Shown here: positions 43,148 through 59,565 of the stretch, piece after piece
Position numbering within the stretch: the first letter of the stretch is position 1
Layout: every line of letters begins with the position of its first letter
Assembly: GCF_009914755.1 (NCBI RefSeq)
Contig: NC_060933.1
Length of the DNA: 64,000 nt
From: the human T2T-CHM13v2.0 reference genome, Homo sapiens
Reading direction: 5' to 3' (one strand)
Notes under the pieces: model-generated
Told to the model about the DNA's origin: nothing
Databases searched by the model: none
What the model saw: the letters and a program-made list of their open reading frames with translations, nothing else
Position numbers and translations under genes: made by a program

Positions 43148-43581
43148 TAGATCATAAGCTTGTAGGAAAAAAGAAAAATAAGCCTTGGCAAATCTGTCCA
43201 ACACATGGTATACGGTGGTTAAAAAATCTATTTGAATTTTCAAAATGCCATTTGAAATCTTTACAATTTCAGTCTTCAAAATCATCATTCGAAGGTAATC
43301 ATAATTTCTATTTCTGTTAAGATTTTTCAGAAGGTTAATAGTAGTAATGAAGGGCTTAGGTGCTTTATTGTTTGTTTTGTTGTTTAGTGAAGGCTTCACA
43401 AGTTTTTGGGAAGTAAGGAAAATGAATTTAGAATGAAGATAAAAATCTTATTTTGTTCAAATTATCTTGAATAATGAAACATCAAATAGTGAAAATCTCA
43501 CCACGTTTAGGAATCCAAATCTGTTGTGAAACTTGCTTAAGGCCACGTAATAAATAAGTGGCTTAGGGATCTATCTTATTC

Positions 43582-43730
43582 TTTTTTTTTTTAATTCAAA
43601 TTTTATTTTAGATTCACAGGTACATGTGGACGTTTGTTACCTGGGCATACTGCATGACGCCGAGGCTTGGGATATGAATCATCTCATCTCCCAGGTACTG
43701 AGCATAGTACTCGACTATTAGTTTTTCAGC
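43582..43730 (-). mobile_element. Old L1PA (PA13-16-like) 3' end
   Basis: ttttattttagattc..ggtacatgtg..gtttgttacctgggcatactgcatga...ccaggtactgagcatagtac. Confidence 0.8.
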
Positions 43731-43894
43731 CTAGCCACATGCTATTACACTAAGCAACTGACTGACTCAGGAACATATTCAAAGAAAAGGTCCATGATTG
43801 GTAGAAAAAGTGTGAAGCCAACTTTTAGTCATCCATTAGCATCATTATCCTGTCTTTAAAGTATTACCATTCCTGCTAATGTTTATTTTTCCAG

Positions 43895-44009
43895 GTTGTA
43901 TGTCCTCCTGGAGGAGGTATGCATTTGGATTAAATCAATCACTTTCAAAAGCTTCAAATCAGTAGGTTTGACAAAAATTTTCAACAACAAGGATGAATGT
44001 TGTTGCACT
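43895..44009 (+). other. Candidate exon (115 nt)
   Basis: tgctaatgtttatttttccag| ... act|gtaagt. Confidence 0.25.
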
Positions 44010-44439
44010 GTAAGTAACAATTTTGACATGAAGTATCCCCAAACTATTTTGTAAACCTCCTTAAAATAAAAACGAATAAAAATATTTCAATGCTACATAT
44101 TAATGAATTATAGTAAGTAATTATCTTCTGTGGGCTTTAGTTTCCTTATCAGTAAAACTAACAAACTGTTCTGATTCTCTACCTTTAAAAAATTATGGGA
44201 AATTTGATTACTATTTAAAAGACTACTCTGTAAAGCAATATCCTACAAGTGAATTGCATAAAGTTCATGGTAATAATGGTTGACTTAAATATTGTTTTAT
44301 GTTCCACATATTTACATATTTATATCCCTCCAATTTATTTTGAAAAATGGCTCAAGGCAGTGTCTCATAGTAGATTTGTAAAGCAAGAAGTCTAAACGTG
44401 TTCACTTACATGTGGAATATATTATGATATTATGATTCG

Positions 44440-45145
<706 letters not shown>

Positions 45146-45891
45146 GTTAAATATTATTTGCAAAACACATAATCGTATATTACTGTGGTCTGTAGATATT
45201 TTTCTAAAATAACAAATGTACTTGGGAAAATCTTATATTTGATTGTACACTCATAATGCATGTTTTCATATAATTGAGGTAAAAATCAACTCAACTAAAT
45301 TTCATGTTTCTGATATATAAAAACACACACACATTTTTCCACTGAAATGAGCATGTTTGGACATTTTTGGTTTGCATACACATTAAAATTGGCCGAAGAT
45401 GTAAACTTGAAACTTGGCAAGATTGTAAGAAAATAAGGCCAGAGTTAGAAGAAAAACACTTCAAGATTTAAATGACACAAATGATTAGAATTATGAGTAT
45501 ACAAAAATGAAAGAGAACATTGTCTACCTTTAAGGTCATTCTCACCAGTCATCTCTGATTGGGTGGCTAAAAGTCAAGATGAAGCTAAAGGATTTATGTA
45601 ACATGCAAATCAATCCAATGTTTATGTTTCAGAAAAATCAAGCAGTTCCAAAGTAAAGCATTCTGTGATGATTTTAATTTGGCCATGGTTTGCATTTCTG
45701 TTCCTGTTTTCATAGATATGTATAAACTTGGCCTTTCCCTTGGCCTTCTTCCCGTAGGCTCTCAGTGGTTGCCCTCGGAAGTGCTATTTTCTTTCTGTGT
45801 ACATTATGGCCCTCCAGATGCACTGCACTTCCTTTGAATGTGCAAAAAAGATGAGGACTATAAGCACACATCAGAGGATAAAGAATTAGCC

Positions 45892-46214
<323 letters not shown>

Positions 46215-46789
46215 CTACCCTTCTTCCATTGTAGGCTAGCTTGGAATAATTTGTCTTGACACAGGATATTTCCCAATCCAACGAGTTTATTCACAATGAT
46301 CCTAAGGAAACAAATCATGTCTGTGTTGCTAACTTATACTACACATTACCAAATGCAAAAATAAATATCACCATAGACCAGCTTCATTTGGAATGCCAAA
46401 GTTTAAGTTTTCCAAGTTTAGTCTTAAGTGAGCATAGTTTAGCTTTACATTTCATTTTCATATGTGTAGATAAATCTGTACGTCCAAAGCTCAGAGAGAC
46501 ACATGGCAAATATTTCTTGAATGCAATGAATGCAACACAAACATAATGAATTAAATATTTGTAAGGACCTATGCCCTGAGTTTGGAAATTTTCCTGACTA
46601 GATGATAATTTTATCCTTTTGAGTGCCATTAAAACAAACATCTTTTTTTCCTCCTTATAGTCATGGTTTATAGAAGTTTAAAAGTTTGATAGCAAGGAGC
46701 TAAGCACTGTTTTTTTAAGCACTTGTTTGAGCAAATTAACTCTACCTTGTTCCAAATTCTTTTACAATTAGTTTGAGTGACTTAAGAAG

Positions 46790-46960
46790 AGAGTGCACTG
46801 TAGATAGATTCTGACTTTGTCATTTTTCATCAGTGTAACTTTGGGGAAGTTACTTTGTCTTGATATAGTTCAGTTTTCTCACCTGTAAAACAGAAATTAA
46901 TTATCTACCTCAAGAGGTGATCAAAGAAGTAAATGAGATAATGCTATGATACACTGACGT
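46790..46960 (+). mobile_element. MIR
   Basis: gtgtaactttggggaagttact...cagttttctcacctgtaaaa...aaatgagataatg. Confidence 0.7.
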
Positions 46961-47801
46961 ACTACATTGTAAGAAATATTTAAAAATTAAGACATCATCC
47001 TATACAAAAATGTAAAAAGTAACCACTTGCAAAGGATTTACTTGTAAAAAGTGCTGAAATTCCACTAATAGTGGGAATCTGTGGCATTAATGCCTGGGGT
47101 TCCTCCCATTTGTCCCTGCTCCCTTCCACCTTCCTCTGCTTGTCACTAAGACAATTCTATTATGTTGGGGAGCTCTCCCAACAGCAGCTCTCTTAGCCTA
47201 AATTGTGGTCTTTTCGGCAGACTATATGACTATCCAGACGTTTAACAGGGAGATCCGAAAAATGAGAGCACCATGGAAGGTCTTGCTAAACTCTACACAT
47301 CCCCGGCTGACTGCAAGCTCACACAAAGGCAGAGGAGACTTGAGAGGGCCCAAACTTTCCATCCATCACTGATTGCCTGGAAAGCTGTGCATATGCAAGG
47401 GGAACCTGGAAGGGCCCAGTGGAAAGTAAAAGTTAGGACAGAATTGAAAACTGCCGAAATTTTGCATATGTTTCTCAACCCACATATGTATCTATCAGCA
47501 GATGACATCATCAGGCATGCTAGCAACTGCATACTACAATAGAGATAGATTCTGCAAATTAAATCCAGGAAAAATACTTATAAACACACCAAATAAACAA
47601 CAAAAAATAATAGAAACAATTATAGCTCTCAGGAAAAAAAAATCCAATCCAGAGCTGCCACAATATGTTATCTAAAATGTGAATTTGTCAACATAAAATT
47701 AGGGATAGGCAAAGAAACAAGACAATATGAATTCTATTCAGGAAAAATAGCTATCATTATAAACATGTTCAAGGAATAAAATAGTATTTAAAGAAACGGA
47801 G

Positions 47802-48105
<304 letters not shown>

Positions 48106-50180
48106 TTACTACATGGACTTAATATATAATAAGACGTGTAAGAAGGAAGAGTCAGTGATTCTAAAAAGAGATCAACAGAAAATATTCAATCTTAAGAGCA
48201 GAGAATAAAAGATTGAAGAGAAATGAGTATAGCTCCAGGGACCTGTGAGATAAAGCAAGTGTATTAATATACATGTAATATGAGTCCCAGAAGAAAAATA
48301 CATAAAAGGAGCAGAAAAAATTGAAGAAGTAATAGCTGAAACTTTATGATTTTGATGAAAACTATCAACAGATCCAGGAAGCTCAAGTACCCACAAGTAG
48401 AACAAGCACTAAGAGAGTCTCATCTAGAAACAGTATGGTCACACAGTTGAAATCTTAAAAATAAAGAGAAAATCTTGAAAGCAGGAAGAGAAAAATGACT
48501 CACCACATACAAGGAAGCAGCAGCACAATTAATAGCTGACTTTTTATTACAAACAATGGGGGCCAGAAGACAGCAGAATGTTGTAATGAAACTGCTGAAA
48601 AAATGTCTACCAAGACATCAATATTCAGCAAAACTGTCTTTCAAAAATGAAAGCAAAATAAAGACATTCTAAAATAAGGAAAGACTAAGATGTTTGTTGC
48701 TAGCAGACTTGCACTGTAAGAAACACTAAAGGAATTTCATCAGGCTGAAAGAAAATGACATTAATGAGTAGCTAAAATTCACAGGAGAAAATAAAGTTAT
48801 TAAACTCAAAAGAATTGAAACCATTCAAAGTATGTTGTTTTATTATAATTAAATAAGAAATCAACAACAGAAAAAAATTGGGAGATACCCAAATATACAG
48901 AAATTAAACAGCACATTTTTAAATAACCCATGGGGTAAAGAAGAAATTTAAAAAAGAAATTAGAAAATACTTTGAACTGAATGAAAATAACAACACAACA
49001 TACAAAACACTTAGGAGGCAGCTAAAGTAATGTTGGAGGCTGATTTATAGCTATAAACATCTATATTAGAAAAGGAGAAAAGTCTCAAATCAATAACCTA
49101 AGCCTCCATCTTAAGAAACTATAAAAAGAAGAACAAATTAAACCCCAAAACAAACATAAGAAAGTAAATTGTAAAGATCAGCTTGGAAATTAAAGAAATA
49201 TAAAAATAATAAAGAAAATTATTCTTTGGAAGCAGTAAGAAAACTGAAAAACCTTTAACTCGATTATCCAAGAATAAAAGGGAGAAAGTAATTACTAAAA
49301 TCAACTACAGAAAGAAGACCTATCATTATTAATGCTACAGCCTCATAATTAAAAGGCTCATAATTTGACATGAATATGAAAATAAATTATATATAATAAT
49401 TATGTATAATTACATATGATATAAAATATATAATTATGGAAAACTTTAAAACAAATTATGCAACTTAGATGAAAAAGACAAACTTCAAGCAAGATACCCA
49501 GTAGCAAAACTGACTCAAAAAGAAAAACTTGAATAGACCTACAAAAAGAAAATAAATTCAGCTGGGAATTAAAAATCTTCTCATAAAGATAAGCCCAAGA
49601 TCACATTGTTTCCCTAGTGAATTATATCAATTCACCATTTTTACATAAACTCCTTCAGAAAATAGAAGACAGAACACTCCCAAACTCATTCTATGATGCT
49701 GGCATTATGCTGATACCAGAACCAAACAAAGACATCACATAAAAATAAAACTTTAAAGCAATATTGCTTGTGGACATAGACACAACAATTTTTCACAAAA
49801 TATTAGCAACCTAAATCTACCCACATAAAAATGAATTATATATATTGATCGAGTGAAATTTAACATACAAGGTTGGTTTAATTTTCTATATTCAATTAAT
49901 GTAGTAAGCCTTGACAGACAAAAGGGCAAAGCCATATGATCATTTCAATAAGTATGAAAGAAGTTTTGACAAATCAAACACCCATTCCAGATACAAACTT
50001 TCAACAAACTAAGCAAATAAGGATTTCATCAACCTGAAACAGGACATCTACAAAAATTCTACAGCTAGCATAATACATAATGATGAAAACGGAATGGTTT
50101 TCTCCTAAGATTGAAAAGAAGCAAAGACGTCTTTTATTCAAGATTATTCTGGAACCATGTAAACATCAAATAAGGTGGAA

Positions 50181-50290
50181 GACATAGAGATAGAGATAGA
50201 GACAGAGATAGAGATAGAGATAGAGATAGACAGAGATAGAGACAGAGATAGAGATAGGGATGGGAACAGGAAAGGGAGATGGAGAGAGAG
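50181..50290. repeat. (GATAGA)n microsatellite within L1 ORF2
   Basis: Direct reading. Confidence 0.92.
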
Positions 50291-50412
50291 ATATTAAAGG
50301 CAAAAAAAAAAAAAAAGAAAGAAAAAGAAAAATTGGAAGTAACACTGTCTTTATTTATAGATGACATGATCTGGCATGTAGAACATCTTAGAGAATCTAC
50401 CAGAAAATTTTA

Positions 50413-51162
<750 letters not shown>

Positions 51163-51822
51163 ATCTACTAGAACTAGAAAACAAATTTATCAAGATTACG
51201 TAATATAAAATCAAGATACAAAAATTAATTTTATTTCTATGCATTAGCAATGAACAATCCAAAAGTGAAACTAAGTAAAAATTATGTTCATAATAGGATA
51301 AAAACACTCAGAAATAAATTGAACAAAAGAAGCGCAAGCCTTGTACACAGAAGACTACAAAACATTGCTGAAAGATATTAAGAACATATAAATTAATGGA
51401 GAGACATTCCATATTCATCGATTAAAGACACTATTATTAAAATGGTCATTCTCGTTCAAACTTATCTGTAGATTCAACACAATCTGAATCAAAATGCTGG
51501 CACAGCATTTCAACACAGTCAAAATGCTGGCAGGCATGTTTTTGTACAATTTTAAAATTTATATGAATTCAAAGGATCTAAAATAGCCAAAAAATTGAAA
51601 AAGAACAACAAAGTTGAAGGATTTTCATTATTGATTTAAGAACTTGCTATAAACAATGTGGTATTGTCCTGAGAAGAGACATATAGACCATTAGAACCGA
51701 AGTGAGACTCCAGAAATAAACCCTCGTATTTAAGGTCAATTGATTTTTGACAAAAGTGCCAAGGCAATTCAGTTGGGAAAAGATGGTCCTTTCAATAAAT
51801 GGGTTGGGAGAACTGGATGCCC

Positions 51823-51851
51823 GTGTGTGTGTCTGTGTGTGTGTGTGTGTT

Positions 51852-51891
<40 letters not shown>

Positions 51892-51900
51892 CAAAGAGAG
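51823..51900. repeat. (TG)n(GA)n microsatellite
   Basis: Direct reading. Confidence 0.95.
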
Positions 51901-54545
51901 AATGAATGACAACACTTTTGATACTTACCTCAAACTCCACACAAAAATTAACTCAAAATAAATCATAGACCCAAATGTAAGAGCTAAATCTATACTATTT
52001 TTAGAAGGAAACACAAGAGAAAATGTTTGTGATCATAGATTAGGTAAAGATTTCTTACATATGATGCCAAAAACATGATCCATAAAAATTTTTAAAAAGC
52101 AATAGGTGAACTTGAGCAAAATTTAATTTTTTTTCTGTTTAAAGGGTGGCATTAAGAAAGTGAAAAATGACCCACAAATGAAGAAAATATTTGCAAATTA
52201 TATTTCTGATAGAGGAATTATATCCAAAAGATATAAATAACTCATAAACTTCAATAAGATAAACAACTCAATTAAAAATGAGCAAAAGGCTTGAACAGAC
52301 ATTTTATCAAAGAAGATATATGAATGATTAATAAAAAAATTCTCGCTTCGTTAGTCATTAGATAAATGCCCATTAAAACTGCAATGCGATACAACCCTAG
52401 TCCCACTAGAATGACTATATTCAAAAAGACTAACAGTAACAAGTACTGGTAAGGATGTGGAGAGAGTGGAATACTCATACATTACTAGTGGTAGTGAAAA
52501 ATAACATACCACTTCAGAAAAACATTTTGACAATTCTGTAAAATGTTAAACATAGATTTGGCAGATGACCCAGGAATTCCACTCTTAGGTGTTTACCCAA
52601 GAGAAATAAAAATATATGTCCATGTAAAAATATGTATGCAAATGTTCATAGTAGCATTATTCTTTATAGACCCAACGGGAACCAAACCAAATGTCCATCA
52701 GTTGGTGAATGGATAAACAATGTTATATATACTTGGAATGGAGTAATAACGAGCAATGAAAAGAAACAAACCATTGATAAACCCTAAAACATGGATGAAC
52801 TTCAGAAACATGAGAAGTGAAAGAAGTCAGACACAAACAAAATACTACACATTGTATGACTCAGTTTATATGAACTTTACAGAAAGGACAAACCTACGGA
52901 GACAGAAAACAGATCTGAGGTTGTCTGGGACCAGGTTGAGAATGGGAACTGACTGAAAACAGGAACTTTTGGGGTGGTGGGAATGCTACAAAGCCTGATT
53001 GTGGTAATAGATACAAAAAACATTGAATTGTACACTTATAATGGTTAGATTGTATGGTATGTGAATTATACCCCTATAAAGCTATTAAAATTAGAGAAAA
53101 GGTTTTACTAAAAATAAAGACAATGGATTAATTCAGGAAATGTATAATTTTTTAAAAAATATATTCATTGTTTAGTTAAATAAAATGGAAATTAAGTGTG
53201 GAGCTAAATTATCTGAGTTGAACTTTTGGCTTGTTGAATTTCTGTAGAACCCTGGTAAAGTTGCCACAGCTAAACCTCAGGTTCCTAAATGGTAGAAACA
53301 GAGGTGTAAATACCTATGTCCCTATTTGAAGTCACTGTTGTACAGCTCAAATGAGATATGAAACTGCTTTGTGAGGCATAAAAAACTACACAAATGTTAA
53401 TTATAATGATGATGATTCTTCCCATTAATCTATTTTGAAAAGTCTTTTAGGTTCTTAAGCTTAACGATTTATGAATTTATACCCCGCCATTTTGAGAAGT
53501 TCAATAATATCACCTTTGTAATTCTCTTTTCTTCTCTTCAACATAAATACCACAGAATTTTCTTTAAAAAAAAACTTTATGAACATGACTTGAACATTAC
53601 CTGGCACATGTAGTAAACTTTACCTTGTGTGTGTTTGCAATAATTGGCAATGGGATAAAAAAGAAAATACCATGTATTTCATAAATATTTGAAAGGTAAA
53701 ATGTGAGTATTCCTTGTTGTAAGATAAAACGTGAGTATTCCTTGCCTTTGGAGTTACTATTTTTAGAATCCGCCTTTGTAAGACATATTACTGAAGACAT
53801 CTCTCTGTTGGATATTCACAAACATATCAAAGGTAAAAACCTACATAAAAAATAAATAAAGCATTTTGCAACATCCATTTGTTTATATCAAGCCTCAAAA
53901 ATCAAGCAAAGTATATTATTTACAGATGAGGGGTTCTATTCTGAGTCTGCATACATCTGGCATAGCTCATATTTTTTTCTTAATTTAAATAAAAAAGTAT
54001 TATAATGAGTGACTTCCATTTAATTGCTATACATTGGTATTCTGACCTAAATTTAGGAATGCGTTTTGCAAGAATGAGCTTCTTATTAAGGCAAACTTTC
54101 CCTACCCCATTCCCCATACTTTCCCTTACCTTTCCTGTCTTCCAAATGAAGAGTGACTAGAAAGAGTGAAGAAATTCATGCTATCAATATTCTGCAAATA
54201 AACGTATACTTATTGGTGGACAATGAAGATGAGACTGGAAGTCAGTGAGGTATTGTGATTATGACCTGCTTTGGGGGTAGATAGTCTTGGATTAAATCCT
54301 GGACCATCTAAGTATTACCTGTTCATTTATTTGTCTATTCAACAAATATTTACTAAGTACTCACTTCATGCTAGCATTGTGCTAGGTTCTGCCAATGCAA
54401 TGGTGAGTGAAAAGATACATGGTGCTGTTATTCTCAGAGAACGGTCAGTTTGGTCATGGATTCAGAGATTAATTATACAATCAGACTAATGAATACGTAC
54501 TAAAATTGAAAGTCAGTGCTCTGAAGAAAAGAAGCATGATTCATG

Positions 54546-55379
54546 CAGTGGCATGTCTAGGGATTTGACCTCTAGAGTGGATGATTTTAACACCTTTCTC
54601 TTCTATATGACAAAATTGTTTTCAATAATTTTAATGTAATAATGATTAACAATTACTATTTTAATTATTCTTTAATTTTAAAATAAATAAGGAAGAATGC
54701 ATTTGAATTTTGAAGATATTACTCAAATTAAGCAAAATATTTTGTGTGAACTAAAATTTGTTCTTACCAAATAACAATATTACACTTTGCCATTTGTTCT
54801 GTTTTGCCATTTGAACTTTTAAACAGAAATAAAAACTCCAGGTGGTCATAAAGGATTGCAGAACTGAAGCAAGTCAAATTATTTCTTTCACTTACAACTA
54901 CTGCACTATGATTGTTTATTTAAAACTTACTCTTTAAGCTCAGAAATATGTAGAGTGATAGGGGTTGAGATAAATCTGGACCTGAAGCAAGCTGTAATGA
55001 TTGGGAACTGTTATAGAATTATAACAGTTTGAACATATTTGAACAAATATGTGTAGCTGAGTCCATGTTGAGGGCTGACAATGTAACTAGGAGTTCTACA
55101 AATTAACTTCCACATAGAATATAATGCTTACGAAAGCATAATTTTAAACAATTTGAAGTGTACGTGAATATTGAAACTCAATAGTTTAGAATTTAGACCA
55201 ACAAAAGATTTATTCAGGAGAGACACCATTTAGAATTGATGATTTAAGGTACCAATAAAAAGCAGACTAACATTTACTGGATTTTATTATTGTTTTTAGA
55301 TCCTCTGCAGACAACACACCCCTTTATTGCTTACACCCTGGCAGACTACTTCTACCATCCTGTCCTTAGTATACCAGAT
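54546..55379 (-). mobile_element. MER97-like hAT-Tip100 element
   Basis: Left TIR cagtggcatgtctaggg; the right end reverse-complements to ..gcaataaaggggtgtgttgtctgcagaggatctaaaaacaataataaaa, matching the MER97 start as I recall it. Confidence 0.7.
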
Positions 55380-55874
55380 ATGTGATGAAAGCATGTGAAT
55401 AACAAAAGGAACTAAATCACAAAACATGTGCCAGAACCCTGTACGAGAACACATGTTCAAGGAACTATAAAACATCTAGTGTGGTCAGTGCTAAGAAAGC
55501 TCTCTAAGAGAGGAAAATATGAAAGCAGTTTGAAGACATATATACACAAAACTATCCAGAGTCTCATATGTCATGCCCAGGATTTTCATTTTTATCCTAA
55601 AAACAATAGAAAGCCTTTGCAAGTTTCATGATGAAGAAAAGGGTGTGTGTGACGAGGAGGCATCATAATGAGATCAACGTTTTGAAGAATCCACTTCCAC
55701 TAGCCACAGAGAATAGTTTAGATGAAAACCAGTGTCAATGAAGGTCGAAGATGCTACAACACTAATATAAGTAAAAGACAGAACTCTGGTGGTGACCATT
55801 GAATTTAGGTGATGTGATTTACAACAAGAGGCATATATAGAAAGTAAGATCAACGGGGATTGTGGACCACTGCA

Positions 55875-56377
55875 TGTATTAGTGGGGGTTCTCCAGAAGA
55901 TCGGAACAATGTGATATGTGTGTGTGTGTGCACATTCGTGTGTGTGTATATATACAAACATATTTACAAGTATACACACACACACATATATGTGCATATA
56001 CATATGTATCCCAAGAGCTACAGCTGGCAAGCTAGAGACCTAGGTGAGCTGATGCGGCAGCTGTAGCCTGAATGTCAGCAGGATTGAGACCAAGGAAGAG
56101 ATGATGTTTCAACTCAAGTCCGAAGGCAGAAAAAAATCCAATGTCCCAGCTCCAGGCAATCAGGCAGGAAAAAATTTCCTCTTAGTTGAGAAAGGGTCTA
56201 CTTAGGCTTTCAAGTGATTGGATGAGGCACATCCACATTAGGAAGAGCAAGCTGCCAATTCAAATGTTAGCTTCATCTAATAAAAACACCCTTAGAGATT
56301 CACCCTGAATAATGTTTGACCCAATATCTGGGCATCCGGTGGCCCAGTTAAGTTGACATACATAATTAATCATCACT
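55875..56377 (-). mobile_element. MLT2 (C/D-like) ERVL solo LTR
   Basis: aataatgtttgacccaatatctgggcatccggtggcccagttaagttgacatacataattaatcatcac; opposite end tgtattagt..ggttctccaga. Confidence 0.85.
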
Positions 56378-57315
56378 TTGGACACAGGAATGAAGGAAAA
56401 GAAGGTGTTTAGAAAGATCCCTGTCTTTCTGATGTGAACAACTTGATAGCTGGTGGTTACATTCACTAAGCTGGAGAACACTAAGGAAGCCCAAGGTTTT
56501 ATATCAAAGATCAGAAATTTTATCCTGGATTTTCTGAGTTTGTGATGACTCAGTGACATCTAAGTGGAATTATCAATGGATATACAGTCTGGGACTCAGA
56601 AGAGAAGTTTGGTTTAGAAAGAATAATGTGGGAGTCAACAGCATGTAGATGTTAATGGAAGCCATCAGCACAGGTAGAGAGGGAAGGAAGAAGGGGGTTA
56701 CTGTAGAGGAGAGAGAGAGAGAGAAGTCCTAAAATTAATCATTGGACAATTATGACATTTATTATGACAATTATGACTGGATCAGAAACATGACCCTGCC
56801 AACAAATCTGAAAATCACAGTCAGAAAGTAGTGGATACACTATGAGAATATTGTATAATAAGCCTAAGGAGAGGATGGGGTAAGTGGGGGCACTGAAATA
56901 AGGGGTGTTCCCTAGAATATGGAATAGGTGGAAGAGTAAATTAGTGACGATGAACTGGAGGTAGTGTGTAGAGAGGCCTTTTAGAAAAGTTTGACTATGA
57001 AATAGAACAGAGATTTAGAGTTGTAGATTATAAAATTCTCAGTGATATAGTTGTAAAATTATCCTTCTTTACTAAACCCAGTGAAATCTGCTTAATATAA
57101 TCAAAAGTAGCAAGGTAGCTCACATAGTGCTCAAAAAATGCATTTGAATGAATACTTCCTTGAATGCCTGACATCATTCCCTCTAGAAAACCATTCACAA
57201 CTCATGACTTTACATTTTTTGTTTCAAATTGGAAACAACGAGCTATAAAATGAATTCTATTAAATGTAGTGAATTACAAGAAATATTTACATATATCAAT
57301 GCATGTAGCACATGA

Positions 57316-57870
<555 letters not shown>

Positions 57871-58545
57871 TACATAACAGATTGTTTCTATTTTCCTCTT
57901 TGCTCTGGGGCAAGGAAGCACAGGTCTAAGCTGTGGTCTACTTGTAACAATCAGAAACAGGAAACTCAGAGCACGGTTTGTCTACATATCTCATCTCTGG
58001 TTTCTTTTTACTTTTCTCTCCTTTCTTTTTAATCACCCCTATTTTCTCAGCCAATCTGGAGAACTCTTGTTGTCCTCTGTATTTTTGCAATATGCTCTAA
58101 TTTTTCTGAATATAATGGACTATAAATATAAACAAACAATCCTAGCAGTCTATACAATTCTGAAGGATGCACCTATAAATGTGTTGCACTGCTTTATTCC
58201 AGAACATAATTAAATGGAACATTTGCTAAAATGGCATGATTCAGACCTCAAGGTTTATTGCTAGAGACCATTTGATGGAAAGGCAGTAAAGGATTTGCAG
58301 TTTCACTTTAAAAGTTTATTTTTCATGTGTGTGCATGTGCATGCCCATTCTCCCACCACACCTGTGTAACTGTTAAGCAAGTTTCTCTCTTCAAGGATGG
58401 GAGGTGTATTTTTAACAAGCAAGAGACATTAAGGGGGATTTCGGGCCTCAGAATCAACAGCGTCACAACAAGCTTTCAATTAAGGGGACATCTGTTGGGA
58501 ATACAGGGGAACCTCTACCCAAAGTCAGTTGCTAATCACACTCAC

Positions 58546-58729
58546 CTGCTCGAGCAGCCAGACAGCCCTATGCACTGAGAAAGGTTGCTTATTTCCTCCA
58601 TGCTCAATCACACTGCATTAAGTGGCCACCTGGGCAATGTGTTAGTGCACACCTGCTGACCGACCCAGTCTAACAAAACATACTGAAATCAAACTCTTAA
58701 AATAGAGAGAAAGCAGATCCTCTCTTGGC
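58546..58729 (-). other. Candidate exon (184 nt)
   Basis: Minus strand: ccttttctactttgcttgttctgtctccctttctag| ... cag|gtgagt; strong-Kozak ATG (agcATGG) opening MEEISNLSQCIGLSGCSS. Confidence 0.35.
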
Positions 58730-58978
58730 CTAGAAAGGGAGACAGAACAAGCAAAGTAGAAAAGGCCCAAGACTGGAAGTACACAATGAATTGTCAGAAA
58801 ATTAGCCTTACCTTTGGAACTTTTTGTTAGCATGGTGCACTGTTTTTTAAACAGTGGATTTGAGGGATTTTTAGCAGTAAAAAAAATTCAGCCCTTTCAC
58901 TTTTAGAACATCAGCATTTAAATGATATCAGACCAAATAACAGCCTCATCTGTAGAGGGTGATACTGAGCAGCACTAC

Positions 58979-59035
58979 GAGAGAGAGAGTGTGTGTGTAT
59001 GTGCGTGTGTGTGTATGTGTGTATGCATGCATATA
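58979..59035. repeat. (GA)n(TG)n compound microsatellite
   Basis: Direct reading. Confidence 0.9.
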
Positions 59036-59565
59036 TAGTGATTACTTGTAGCCTATGTTAGAAAACATATTGCACACTTTCCTTCTCTGGATGCATAAAA
59101 GGTGCTTTTCCTAAAACGTACAATTTTGCTTAACTAGATGCCAACTGTTGGGAAGAAATATTGTATATTTCAGATATTTCTATTCGGATACTTTAAAGGA
59201 ATCACCCAAAGGCTAGTTTATGACACAATATTGTGGACCAAACTTTCTCTAACACAACAGATTGTATTACTATGGCCATTTGCACGGGCTAATTTCTATC
59301 TAGTACAAGTCATATTTGTTGCTTTTTGTTTGCTTGATTTTTGTTTTTAATTAGGAATGGTCTGTTAACAAACCTCAGAACACCTACAAAGTTCGACTGA
59401 AAAAGACCACACATCGTAGGGAACATAAGTTTATTTCTGAGGATTTCTAAACCCACAGTGGATGTATGCAGATCCTTTTTACCACTTTATTATGCTCTTC
59501 TCTATAATACTGCAAAGTCAAGAAGGATGAGAGCTGTTATCTAACTGCAGTTTAATAAATTTCAA

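Larger units (their letters stand above)
54320..57020 (-). mobile_element. Fragmented L2 interrupted by MER97 and MLT2
   Basis: attcaacaaatatttactaag..ttgtgctagg; ggattttcatttttatcc; tgggactcagaagagaagtttgg; boundaries approximate. Confidence 0.65.
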
